Assembly (NCBI GenBank): GCA_965637545.1
Contig: OZ281500.1
Coordinates: forward strand, 806,001 to 870,000
From: Phallusia mammillata
Lineage: Eukaryota
Direction of reading: 5' to 3'
Length of the DNA stretch: 64,000 nt
Each line of letters opens with the position of its first letter. Position 1 is the stretch's first letter. This document shows positions 1 through 14,200 of the stretch, one piece after another. The translations under genes were made by a program, and so were the position numbers. The notes below the pieces were generated by a model, which searched no databases, was not told the origin of the DNA, and saw only the letters and a program-made list of their open reading frames with translations.

Positions 1-2202
1 TGCAAATAGGAATTCTGGGTGATTTAAATTTATGACCATTGACTCTCTTGTTGTCATGAATACTAAGTCTGTGCACGTAAACGTTACGGGCATGTGTAGT
101 TTGTTAACTGTTAAAGATTACTTTCCATCAACCCGAAAACCGCGTTAAGATGATTCATACAGTTGGCAATGTCTCAAGACCGAAGCCTCATAACTCGGTA
201 AGTGTGTTGTGGTGAAGAGGGAAGGCAGTTTCGCAGAAAGATTGGATTGCAGATTGGCAAGTGGAGAGAGATGAATGACTTTGAGGTCGGTACTGACAGA
301 GGACAGATGAAATAGGGCTAATAAGATTAGTGCACGACGTCTGTTGAAAGGCATTTCCCTTCAAGTCAGTTTGTGTTGTTTCTGTGCACGGGTAAAGCAG
401 GCCACGTTCATTTTCACGAGTAATGTGATCTCAGGGCGCGGAGTTGTTGTTGAACGCTAGGGAGAGATTTCTACTGTACATGGCACAAAAATCTGAACCT
501 TAATTTGTTTGGACAACGTTAAGCTTCTTGATATGCAGAGATGGGCTTGACCAAGATTTAACGTATTTGTTGATCTAACTGCACGACGCATAGTTGAATA
601 TTTTCTGTGTCACTGCAGAAGAAATTAGAACATTGAAAGGGTTTCTGCAGCCACTGTATTAACGTTTCCTGATATTTTTTCGAAACACACACAAACTAGA
701 GGTATGCCGTATTACTTTCTTTACGGTTAATACAAGTGACATGTCCACTGCAAGTGCCCTCAGTTTTACATTCACGCGAAAATCAACCATCAACATAAAT
801 TTTGTCATGATAATTTGTACCATATTAGTTACAACCATTGTTGTTGAATTAGATTTCATCAGATTTTTAGGAACAGAAAAAAAAACGAGACAAAAGCTGT
901 AGTTTGAGAACAGACCAGCAAGTTCGGACATGACCAACAAAACAAATAATCGCAAAAAGACCTTTGCCCTCAACAGCACAGTTGGTAGCCTTGAAGGAAC
1001 CGGTCGTACGGTTGACGAACTAATGGCGGTAGCTGGTAAAGTTTTACAGCAACATAGGTCAGCAGTTATTTACCACACTATTGTGTATGGCTGCTTTATT
1101 TTGTGGGGCAAAAATATTAAAAAGTCACCGTGGAAGAAGGTAGTTTGCTGAATTAAAAGACTTATGGGGACCAGAGTTTGAGACAAAACATGGTTGCCAA
1201 GATGAAAGTTTAACGTTCAACCTCCAGTAAAACTTGCGACTTTGAGCAAACTCGCGCCCAAACACTATAGACATGCAAAAGCATCGGGAATATTCCGGTT
1301 GCCCAGCGACACGGTGCCTAGCAACATGACACGCATTCCACGGATGTTTCATCACGAGGAGGACCAGATACAATGAGCTGTTATCACAAGGACAAGCTTG
1401 TATTCGCACGCCGATAGGGAATACCTCCACGTACGAGGTGCTTTACCACAACACAATGGTGCATCACAAGCCTGAGTGTGTTTATCAGAAGTTTTGTTTA
1501 ATCCAAGTTTGAATATCTGTCCAGTTTTGTGCAGGTTTTGGTAGCACGTCTTAACGTTAAAGCCGATTTCACCCATCTCACAGCATGTTATGCGAGGTTT
1601 AGCGACATGGTTGGCAAACACAGTCTACAAGCTTTGTGGCAAACCCGACAGATGTCAAGGTCCATGCCGTCACACACCGCAAGCTCGCAAACATCGGTAA
1701 TTTGCCACAAATCCAACACAGCGCTTCCGGGCGTTCGTCGCCACAACCGAAAAATCCGGATATTTTTCAATATTTTACAACAGATAAAATCCGAGGACAT
1801 TTTAACTGTTAATAGAAATCAATCACGTACATAGCTTGGTGCAAATAAATAAAATTCAAACGATTATTCGGAAAATTTAGTCTTATGATTAGCACCGAAA
1901 ACAGAGGTTTGACACTCAATAGTTTGCTTAAAATTTGGCTTTGATCACTATTGGTCTTTTATTCTTCGAATACTAATAGTTTGGGACAAACATGCTAATT
2001 GTAACACCATTTTCCCGTCCACATGCTTCAATCGCAAAGCGAGAGGCCATAGACCGCATTGTACAGGATTCACCAAACTTGTTTCAGAACAGGCCGGATT
2101 ATTTTAAGAACGTCGCGCCAGGGCCACATAGCCTCAACGCAGCCTTTCCCAAACTGGACCAAGTTTAACGTACAAATTATTTGGTTGCAAACCCCAACAT
2201 AC

Positions 2203-5200
2203 CTAGCAAGCTGTAGTAGAAGGGACTTTCCGAGTATCCACCGCTGTATGACGGAAGATAGAAAAGCGCCCCTGGTGGTGTGTTCCACACGAACGAGGGA
2301 CGAGCTTCAGCAGGAAATACACGATCGCGAATTATCTGTGAAAAAAATACAACAAATATAATACTTGCCGTCAGCATTACCACACGGCTCGTTGGATTGA
2401 ACAAATTTATCAAGTTTGGTGTTAATATGATCCACATCTCAAACTTATCATATACTTAAAATGCATGTCATGCCAACTTTGCAATGCTTCAATACCAATG
2501 TCTCTGCAACCAGCCATCTATAGCTATCTCTATACTGTAAGAAACTTTAACGCGTAACGTGAGTTTCCGACAATATCATCTCAATCATGAAGCTTAACCA
2601 CCGATATAGTTAAACTATTAAAAAGTAAAGACGTAACTGAACAATAATTTGAGTTTGAAAACTGATGTTCTTCTGATGTACAAATACGTTTCGTTTTTTT
2701 TCCATCAAGCCACAGTTCTCATAAGCTCGACACGCTCCACTGAACAAGTGATATTTTGCATGACGTTAAGCAAGATTCACACCAGACGCGGTTGGCGGAT
2801 AGCGACGCGTTTTTGCGTTCGACGGCAAGCGACGGGGTATTCACACCAGACAGCGACTTGCCGTGACGGCGTGATTTTCTCGGTTGAAACGGCTGACGGC
2901 AAAGTTAAATCGGATTTAACTTTTCCGTCAGCCGCGCTAGACTGCTGGATGAAAAACTCGGTATTCGGCGGGTGCTCGACTTGTTTAAGATACATTTCTG
3001 CTTGATTTAGGTCTTTTTGTTTGTAGGTGGGTTGTTTTATCGTTTTTACCAAGAAAATGAGAATGAAGTACTGATAGTATTGGTACAAATTGTCTTGTTT
3101 TAATTGTTTTTTGTCTGTTTTTAGTAAATTAGTTTGAAATGGTCGTTTAAACAGTTTGAAATTAAATACTGAACACAAACATACTAAAATTTTCTTACCA
3201 GTGGTTTAAAGAACTTCTATTCACAGCTTTTTGTTAAGTCTTGGGTTTTTTTCGAAATGATTTTGTAATTATCTAATCACTACTTTGCAAAAAGAAAAGT
3301 ACAAGAGAGGTGCTGCTGTTGAAATCTTACCAGGATGGAATCACTATTCATATGAGCCTATGCGTAGGTGAGTTTTGTTATAAGTTCTAAATGTATTGCT
3401 CCTTTAACAACTATGATTTGTTGCAGAAGTGTAGGAACTTTTACTAATCTACATGTCTATGACTGATTCAGCAACTCCAGTGCACCTGTTCAATAAACTT
3501 CATGGCAAGAAAAGAAAATGTTATATATGAATTTCCAGGTTGGTATACTTGAATAAAAATGTAGTTTCTGCCGATCAACTGTTCCATATATATTTCCATA
3601 GAGTTCAAGATATGAATTTGTGACATGTTTGTCAGACTTGGAAAGCAAATTCCCAATAAAAACCTCATCCAACATCACAGATCAAATTGATGAAGTTACA
3701 AACTTCAGAAAAGTATGCCACAAGCCAAAGAATACAAGTTTTTTTCTCGCATTTGACAACATTTAGCATCATTGTAATTGTGCAACAATGTGCAAGTTTA
3801 ATGTAAATGTATCTTTTTACATTTAAGCTTTTTGTATGTTGTTATATGATTGTTTTCTTTGCGTTTCTGCAATCTTGTGTTTTCTAAAATGTGTTCATTT
3901 ATGTTATTGCTATTATATTACCAACTTTGAAACATAAAGTGTCTGTAAAACAGGAAAGTGTGTTTCAACAGCAATGACAGAAGTAAACTTAATCCAATGT
4001 TGCTGTTGTAATTGTTTTTGGAAACATTTTACCGTGGAATGATGATCAACATTATATTTTGTCACAAAATAAACTAAACGAAGTTTTGTAGCAACTTTCT
4101 TAAGACGTAGAAACACTCAATATGTCAAGTACATTGACCCAGTTTTCTTAGCAACAAAAGTAGTCGACGGCAACCGCACTGCCGGTGTGAAGGGCCAACG
4201 TCGCGTCAAACGTTACGCGCAAAATCCGCCAACAACCGCCGGCGCTGACATCGCTAGCCGCCACCGTCAACCGCGTCTGGTGTGCAGAGCCCTTAACGCT
4301 TTGTCTGGCCTAATATTTTTCACCTAAATAATTTTCTTTGTATAGCTTTTATCCACACAGGCTGTTCGCAACGTACTATAGGAAGGACACGTCAGATGTC
4401 AAATGAAAAATGGTATTTTTGAGTGTAGCCCTACTTTATTTTTGCTTTTAAAACTCATTTTCGAACCCTATGTAAATACAGGTTGCAGTTTAAATGATAA
4501 ATATAGATACTTCAATGTTCTTCTACCAATCGGTTCACCATCAAGCCGATCATTAAATGTGTTTTACACGTCTGGAAATCCGCAAATCAGATGTACAAAT
4601 ACCAACCCACCCGAAACGCAAATACAACGCGACTTGTAACAAGCAACCCACACTGATGGACTTGCACACTCACCAAAATGTAAGGTTGCAGCACAGCGCT
4701 AACCGGCTTAAAGGTGGTCTTGGTGGATGTCGAGGCACACCTCACATGTAAGACTTAACATTCCACAGTCTCCATTCACTTTATTGCGTCATTTAACCCG
4801 TACAAGGGGGGCGAAGTCGGTGAATAGCGTTTTCTAATCGCTTAGTTTTATTCCACGACATGAAATATGTATGCTGAAGTGCCTATACACCAAGTCTAGA
4901 CGATAAACTGTCGCCAAATGGATGATTTATATACGACCGAGAAAAAAAGACTTTATCTGATCTGGGGTTAAACTCAAACACGAACATATGCAAACCATTT
5001 TTTTTCATAATCACATCAAAAAGGTTTATTGGACAATTTTCAATTTTTACAATGTTCGCACCTAATCAAGATTACTTTTTTGCAAACGCTTGTTTCAAAT
5101 CAAACTCGTACTTCGCATTTCACACACCGATGTTTAATCGTTGCGATTTTAAAGTGGCAATTTAATTACAACTTGTCGGGTCATTGTAAGGTTATTGGTA

Positions 5201-8200
5201 AAAAATAGGTGAATTGCTAATTAGCGAATTCACACTTGGTTTCCACTTTAACGGCCACATAATAATAACTTTCAGGCGCACAGCATTTCATTGCGTTACG
5301 GTTATTTTGAATATTCACAAAAGTAAATGTATTTTTCGTTCTGTACCAATAAACTCAGACATTGATATTAAACTGCAAACATATTTAATAACCCTACCTA
5401 TCACATATGTACAGTGGTCTAAACCATGTTTACACGACGGCATTTTTCTTGTTAGTTGTAAGGTAATTTGAAATAGCTGATCGGCTTCGAATCGATATTA
5501 ACGTCGCAAACATAAAACGTCGCTACCCAGCGTGACTAAAAAACCGCCAACCCTGCTATTACGGACATTCACATAAGCACCTTGACATCAAGCATCAATA
5601 TAGGCAAGGTATCTCAATGAGAGGTTCATATACTGAATCATTCACGACAGGCACTCACTGGGGGAAAGTGTGGCAATGATTGACCAACTCAGTTACCCAA
5701 GCAGTGCTTTCGCATTTCAAACCAAGCAGTTTTGTTGGTCATAATTTCAAACCAAACTGGTCATATGCAACATCCAACGAACAATTTTGTTCCGAAAAAA
5801 ATTGGAAGCACATTAAATAATATCAATACACCTTCACAACGTGGAGCTGTTGTCTTAGCAAAAATTTTACAATACTGCAGTAGAAGCAGACTCATATCAT
5901 TAAGGGATGACAAACTCAAACACAGACAAACAATTGCTGTGAATTAGTCATTTAACTTTTGGTAGGTGAAGAATCCACCACAGACGCAGGTATATGATAA
6001 TGTGGAATGATCATCGAACTAGCAGACACTATCCCAAAGCACAGGGAAGAGTTCTAACTGTGCTAAGCCGACCCTTTACGACCTCATCAACATTTATGAG
6101 CTGGGTTTACGACTGACCCGCGTCTTGACATAACAATGAAGGGACACAAAGGATTAGAATTCCACCCAAGGATGAAGCTATTAACTCAGTTCGCTTTGAA
6201 TAGCATATCTATAAAGTTTAATAGATTACGACTTGGTGGACTTAATGGCAGTCATGCATAGAAAGCATTGTTAGGCAGTGTACATAGTACCGGTGACGGT
6301 GGCTTTCTGGGAATCTTGGTAGTGATTGTTCATGAATACAAAAACCAAAACAAATTCAGTTCAGAAAAAAAACTTTACACATAACAACACTAAACTTGAT
6401 AAGCAGTCTCGTCTAATTTAGATCACATCAAGTTTTTTAACACCGCAAACAAATGCTACTTAAACCACATGTTGGTATTATAAGTTTAATGTAGAATCAC
6501 ATTTCAAAGCGTTTCCTTCAAACCCTGTCCCACGTACGAAACCAAACGAGTTTCGATCACTTTAATCAGCTAAAAGACTTCGAGAAAACATAACAATAAG
6601 GTTTCGTTTGCGGCACAACTTGGGAGAAAAATTTAAATTGCATCTTCTTATCCAACTTGTAAAGGTTTAATTCACCTGTGTGTGTTCAAACCTTCAACAC
6701 AATAACACGTTTGGAGGCTGGTTGTACCACCTTTTACTAGCTGTAAATTACACCAATTTTGGTGAAGTGTTTTTCAATTTCAATGAAGTCTAAAACAGCA
6801 CAGCCAATCTAGGCAGGGCAGAATGTGAGAACAATAAGTCACCCTGTTAGGTAACGTGGACTGTGATAATTGGTACAATTTATTGGATGGAATAACGATA
6901 GGAATTTGTGGAATTATAATTAACCCATAGTACAATGTGTGTTACGGGTATGATGGTTGGGCTGGGCCTAACTGGCCATGTGTGCCGTGAAAAGGGACAA
7001 CAACCGGATGATTAAATCGCACATCTGTTTGCGGTAAGCTATTTTCAAGCCAAGAATTTTCACCAAATTTATTCCCAATCTTATTACGTTATTCCTTCCA
7101 TATAACCATAAAAATTTTAGGGTAACATTTCAATACAAAAACGTAGAAGGCCATACGTTTCAACCATTTATTTTCTCAATTATGTGAGATACTTAATCTT
7201 CACTCGAAAGAACTTGCAATATTTCACAACACCGTTCTGTAGTTTGAATGTTGTCGTGTGTTTTGTTGGTCGTGTAGCGGTAAAGGGTCAAAGCGACAAA
7301 ACGAACATTATGTCACAAAGAGCCTCCGCACATAAGCGACAATGACGTAAGTGGTATTGAGCGGTGTGGAGAAAGGCACTTTAGCATTGAACAGAGCAAA
7401 CATTACGTCACTGACGGTTTAACGTGGGGAAATTGGTTGACCACAGAAACTGAACCGTGCCATATGTTGTTGGGGGATAGCAAACAAAATTCCTGTTCCC
7501 TGCTCTCCGTACAAACAATGATATAATTTAGTCTTAGCCGAAATATATACGCGCCCGGCTCATGCGTACGGGAGTTTTGTTGTTTCCAAAAATACATGTT
7601 TTACAAAAAACATTCATTTACTACAAAGACTGACTGGTCGCACAAAACACTGTAAGAAAACGTCACAAGAGGTTTTGTTACCAACTGTTATTGAATTCCA
7701 GCTATGCGGAAAGTATCAACCTTGATCAGAGCCTTTACGTTATGGGTGGTTTCCCGCTGCTCAGTGGAAATTTTTATTTTACTTTCAACGCTTTAACATT
7801 CCCGTAAAAGTATTTTCCCCTTTATCGAATTTCAACAGGAAGTGCGCCAAGCAGTAGAAGCTGCGAGAATCGATTTCTAAACTCTCGCCATACAGAAACC
7901 TCCAGAATATATTTAGTACAGTAATGGGTATAGGGTTGATGTAAGTGAGAGCATTATATGTGGGTATGAGCGGTAAGAACATATGCGGGTTACCACATGA
8001 CAACACAGGAACAATCTCAACCACATAGGTTTCCTATATAGGACATTGCTTTACGACATGGGAAGTGTTACATCGTTAAACTTGGACATCATAACTCCTG
8101 ATTACAGAAGGGGTGCTATTTGATGCCGAGACACAAGGAAAAATTACTGCTTCACCAGAAATGCTTTCACCATTAATTAACTTTAGCAGTTCAAAATTCA

Positions 8201-11200
8201 AAAATGGTCACAATCAAAAATGCACAGCAAAGGCGCATTCCAATCTTAAATGCAAATTCCCTTTTGTGGCAACATTCAATACATTGGTTTCCAACACTTT
8301 TTGACAAGTTGCTAATTTTTAGGATTAAAAACACTTTCGTTCTTCGCTTATGGACCACAAATTCTATAGACGATGTTAAATTAAACCAACATCGTGCAAG
8401 ATGCGGTCTTTTATCGACTTCATTAAAACTGGAGTCGTTTTTACAAACCATAAGAACGTGGAGGGATGATTTTTCCCAGGATTTTAACCGCAGTGTGAAA
8501 AGGCCGACAAACCTATTTGAATTAAAGTAGCTAACACACCTCTAATGTTGTTTGAACCATGTTTTCCACCGATGAGAAGTAAGTGTTCCACAAAAACTGT
8601 GATTGTTGTCTGTATTCCATGATCGTTTCGTCGCAGATATCCCTTAGTGTGTTTGGGACCTGAGGGTTAGAAAACCACGTTTTTAACACAATATACAAGT
8701 CTCCACCATGGCAACTTTGCGTGATTTTTTTTAAACCGTAGTGTTTTCAACTTCGCTTTAATTTGAAGTTGTTGTATGATAATTACACGTTTAAGTACAC
8801 AGGCTCGACAGTCTAACCTTGCCCCTAAAACTTGCGCTGTGAAGCAAGGACTACGACAGTATACTAAACATACGGAATTCAGTCTCGCATTGAACTCACC
8901 TGTAGAAGTAACCTTTCGTCCCACACCAAACTCGCCTTGGGCCAGTCCAGCACCTCGGCGAAAGGAAGCATCCATCCGTTGGCCAGAACCACCGGAACAC
9001 AGGCGGTTTGCAAAGATTCCAGAAATCGAAACGAGCCAAGACGGCGACCGCGCGGAGTCATGCAGAATGTTGAGTTGTGCAGCAACGCTTGGTAGTCCCA
9101 TCTGCAAACAGACAAAATTTAAAATTTAAATGTAAGTTGCCATTAAAATATGCTGCGGTTCCACAAACGTGATTGTCCTAAAACAAGTCCCAAAAGCAGC
9201 TTGGTTGTAACAAATCTTTATTACCAACTTTATAGAGCTCTTTTGGCAATTGCATTTTTGCACCGACGTTTCGATGTCCTATGCAGGCCGCCGTCATCAG
9301 GGTAAATAACACTGAATGCGCGTAGTACAAATTCATTACATTGCGAATGATGAGCGCATAATGCCAATGATATCGGCCGATACAGTAAGAGGTGGTGTCC
9401 TAAGCGGAAGCAGGGCAGGAGGAGGATTGTATGGAGCTTGTTCCAGAGCAAGTGGTTACTTCGCACATTAGCAACGCATTAGCACCAATCAGTCAACCTT
9501 GAATACAAGTTTACGATCCCAAATTCAAAACCCACTCAACTAGAGCTAAAGAGATTCTTGTCTGGAGTGAGAGAGGTGCAGAAACAACAGAAGTAAAGCG
9601 CTGCACTGTAACTGTTCGATTTTCCGAAGCTTAAACACACGACGTGCGGTATATAGGATATCATTAGCAATGACCTGTAGAAGTTAAAGGCTGTTTGTGG
9701 CACGACCCATGGAAGAAGTTGTTTTTACAAATTGTCCGCCTATTGCCTTCAGTCATTATGTCGAGTGTTTGTGGCAAATGACCGAGCCAAAGCCGGTGCT
9801 TGACCACAAGGACTTGGCCACTGATATTAACTCATGCTGCAGTTGTTCACAAGTAAGGAACAAGCTTTAAAGCGAAACACCCAGACTTTAAGACCACATA
9901 ATGTATCTACTAATGTATTTGGTCATTTGTATCAAATACGTATTATCTTCAAAAAGCGTAGTTTATTACCTGAGTAAGAATAAAAAGTATTTTCCTAGTA
10001 ACGAAATCTGACGATAAATGTCGTGGAATATATATATTTATTTCACCTCATGGCATCGTGTATTAACTAAGTCATTGGTCCCAGATGCACCGCCGACTGA
10101 CGTATTTCAAATTTCAAGAGCAGAAGAAGGCAATTACATAACCAACAAAGGTACCAAATGACCTTTGTCTATTTACACCAAGAGATGTCAGCGGGCAGCA
10201 GTAAAATGATACGGATGAAATGTTTCCCATCTAACAAGCGTGGAGCAGACACAGCAAACTATCGACAAGAACATATTAAACATTAACACTGTGTACGTTG
10301 GACTACTGCAGGTGATCAGACCGTTGCGTAGTTAAACAAACAATGGGAAGATCAACTGGTAACCTGACTGTGTAAGTAGTGGGCGACGTGTACGACTCAC
10401 TATGAACAAGTGCTGTCCACTCTTACACCGCTGCTATGTCAACTAAGAGAAGTCCACTCACCAATGTTTAGATACGGGCCGGGGTTAACGAAAACAAACA
10501 AGCCGTAGCTACTTTTGCGTGTCTCGCATACATTAACGCACACACATGCAAAATTAGTGCAGATCAACTAGACAAAAGCCATGTATATAAGTCATAAGCA
10601 GGGGTGATTGTGACAGAATAACTAGAACATGGTGTACTGTTTTGTGGTGAACGACTACATACTGCAACAATACAAAACGTATAGGTTGATTGGAAAATCA
10701 CATTATGTGTCTGCAAATTATTATGAAAATACAATTCACAAAAAGTTGATTTGCTGATTAGTAAACAACTACGACAGTTTTCTTACTCTTCGGGCAGACT
10801 TGAGTCATTTTCGCGTGATTAGCTTGCAACTATGGAGTTGGTGTTTTAAGACCGCATAGACTTAAAGTAGATTAGATGGGTCACGTGGTAGAAGACGCGT
10901 CGGTGCACCGATGGTCAACGGAGTCCTAACGTGGTGTGTTAAGGACTCCGTTGGAAGCCGACACCGAAAAACGAGGGAGCGTGTAACGTTAAGTAGTGTT
11001 ATTGTGTCCGTCCGCAGCTAGTCAGTCGGATAAGCCGAAAAACGGCGGCCCGTGTCTGTCTCACTCGACGAGTGGGGAACACAAAAGAACCGGGGTTAGT
11101 CGGGGGATGACGTCACTGAAACTGGGGGCGGAGAATCGGGGTCTTGTTTCAGGGTGTTGTCTACGTGAGGGGGGTGAAATGTACGATCGTGTGTTTGCAT

Positions 11201-14200
11201 AGAGGTAAGCTATGTCTGGGCGTGTTGGATTGTGCTGAATGAAAACTTGAAACATTTAACAACGCTAAAATATGAGTCATTTGATTAAATTCTGTGAATT
11301 GAGAGAGAAACTACAAAATTTCCAAAAATGATTTGACCAAAACCACTACGTTTAATGTAACAACCGCCCTAGGCCGGTGCGTGGTACTGGTGACTCATTA
11401 GACAGCTGCAAGCACGTAAAGAACAAATCACAAATACAGAAAAATAAAACGCATGGCTTGAGCAGACCAGTAAGGTTTAAAGGTATGTTAAAATCCAGTA
11501 AATTAACCGTAAACGTTCATCTACAAAGTAAACTTGGCAGAGCAGGTGGCTGGACACGGTTGCAAAGCCAACCAAGCCACGGACTTATCAACAGTTTCAC
11601 AGTCGCATTTTGAACACTGTATGTAAAACAAAACCTGGTTAGAATCAGTGCAAAATACATGTTTCTATTTCTACACAAAATATTAGCTCTTAGTTTCAAG
11701 AAACTTTGACAAAACAATCGACAGATGTGATTTACGAACCATCAAAGCAAAGTGGGATTGCGGGGAGCCAGCTTACAGGCTGATGCTGAATCCCCTGGGA
11801 ACTATACAGACTGCGTCAACCTTTAACCTTGTAACAGTTGGCTTAGATCCGGCAATGAGTAGAAACTGAGAGTATTTGAACTGAACAGTATCTAACCCTT
11901 CAACAGGCAACATGGTCATCGACGATCACCGTTTATTTAATTGTATAACTGAGAATGGAAAGCATTTTCCAAGTTACGAAATCCGTCAATGAATGAAATG
12001 GAATATATATATTTCGCCTAATGGCATCAATGAAAGTTGACAATGAGTAGAAAAGTTGACAGGGTTGCTGCGTAGTTGAGGACCGCCACAAAACACACAT
12101 GTGGTTGAGATGGTAAAGTGTGTGTGTGTGTGTGTGTGTGTGTGAACGTTGTATGTAAGCTCTACCAAAAAGCCTGTAGGGCACCGACTTTGTGGATCAA
12201 ACCCTTGTTTTGGGGACATAGAGTTACAGTGAGATTATTGTCTTTTAACTAGGCAGTAGGCACACAAGAACACAATGTGACAAAAACTTTTCGTTTTGAA
12301 ATAAATATTGCCCAATCTCAGTGTTTAAACTTTAACAGTAAAGCAAAAAATAGACGGGAAACCACGTTGGTTGGTAAGTAAGGCATGTGTTGAGCGTTCG
12401 TGCCGATGGTATGATTTGGCAGCGACTGGGGCACAACCGAACAAACAGAGACAGGCAAGCAAGCCACAAAAACGATTCCCTGCCACCTTTGTCCTGAAAG
12501 ATCTGACGTCATGCACATTACAGATGGGGCAAACACAACTCAACATTACAGCCGTGTTATCTACACCGACGTCATCTAGTAAGAGATAAGGTGGATCGAA
12601 CCCGACGGTATCGGGAAAGTGAGTAAACGCTCAAGGCACATAAACTTGGAGGTCACGCACCGATGAAGCGTGACGATCACATTCCGAAATGGGTACATTG
12701 GCATATGAATTGGATGGTATTCAAATGATAATCACAAATTTGCCTGGGTGAACACTGGTCTAGGCACACCGTGCAAAATATTGGAAAGTTGTCGTTAGTA
12801 GGTGTTGGTGTTTGATGTTGCAACCCGATATAGCGGGGCGACAAGGAACGGCAGACGATTCGTGTTACGATAAGCACGTACGGTCGTGACAAATTTCGGC
12901 AAAAGCAAAATGGAGAGGAACGGTTCCTAAAACACGACAATCATCACCTCATACAGGTTTAAATAACAAGATGAACCGCTGCTATTATGTTGTCCGCTGC
13001 TTGGACGTCGGGCCAAAGTACTTTATGGGGAATAAATAAATTTTCGACAGATAAGGTGTAGGAGAAAGGGGTCACTGAAGCTCACCGACCTCGTCTCTCA
13101 TGATAAAATCGAACGTTTTAATGCCTTATTTTAGTGGTGAACCACTGCATTAGTGGTGAACCACTGCAGGCATAAACAGTTGTGTTGTTGCTCAGTTTAG
13201 TTATCTTTGCAAATCGGAAGTCAGTCTTGCGAAAAATGTAGTCGCAAAAACAAGCAAAATCCGAGATGATTTAATAGCACCGAAAATTACCACATTATTT
13301 TAGTAATGACAGCATGAGCATTTGCCAAAATTGATGCCTGTTTGTCCCCCTTCTTGGCCCAACATATTAAAAATGAGATAAAAAATAGAACCCTACATAG
13401 TGCTGCGTTAGTTGCAGGAAAGTAAGGTTCGGATTTTTATCAACATGACGCACTTCAAACAGCAACTGAAACTACAGACAACCTGAAGATAAAGGGAACT
13501 TCTGTAATACAACAATGTCAGCAGCGACAGGCAGCACGCACTGGTGTAAGAGGTCGGGCCACCCAGTAATCATCAAACATACGTGGTAGTGAAGTGGGAT
13601 TAGTTCGCGCTAACCTCCAGTAAGTGTATGGTGCATCAGTGACGCTCTTATTGATATGGAAAAATGCCAAATTGAGAAATCCCGCCTGAAACGTGAGAAC
13701 TTTGTCCAAACTGGACATTGGCAACTGGCCTAGTGTTTCAATCATTCACCCCTTCAAACCTAATTCAATGCTACTGAATGAAAGAACTGGCATTGCCATA
13801 TTGATCGGTTGAATTCACAAGGGATGCGACCCCACGCAGTTTCTCATTTATTGGCTTTTTACGAAGTCTGTTTGGCAATCATTTCTCCATTATTTCTTCA
13901 TTTACATCGATTTAAAACGTCAATACAGCGTCGCATTTTATAATATTAGCCACACATAATGATGTATTTATTAGGGGAAGGCAGCTTAGCAACTTAATTC
14001 ACCCGCATTGTATGTTCTGTGTACCGTGGTTTTAAACAGACTTTAACGCATGTATAAGTTATTGTAAAAAGCTTGCTTGGTGGCTGTTCAAGTAATAATC
14101 ACATCTGGAGGAATTATGGCGATGCGAAAAGAACAAGGATACCACTGGATCATGTTGCATAATAAAACAAAAGCAAGTCAAGTGTACAATTACAGTGTGG

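Noticed and set aside
1-2200. Short ORFs and an exon-like piece (ACDAPLCCGKAPRTW, ~1425-1471) as further EXT1 exons
   Set aside because: No resemblance to the expected GT64-domain sequence, and the phase does not follow the phase-1 donor at 2202.
7420-7470. VQFLWST motif on the minus strand resembling EXT1 QFLW
   Set aside because: The true exon is 8540-8659; this one lacks flanking similarity and ends in a stop.
12590-12680. B-box-like GGGTTCGATCC on the minus strand
   Set aside because: No A box or cloverleaf; not callable as tRNA or SINE.
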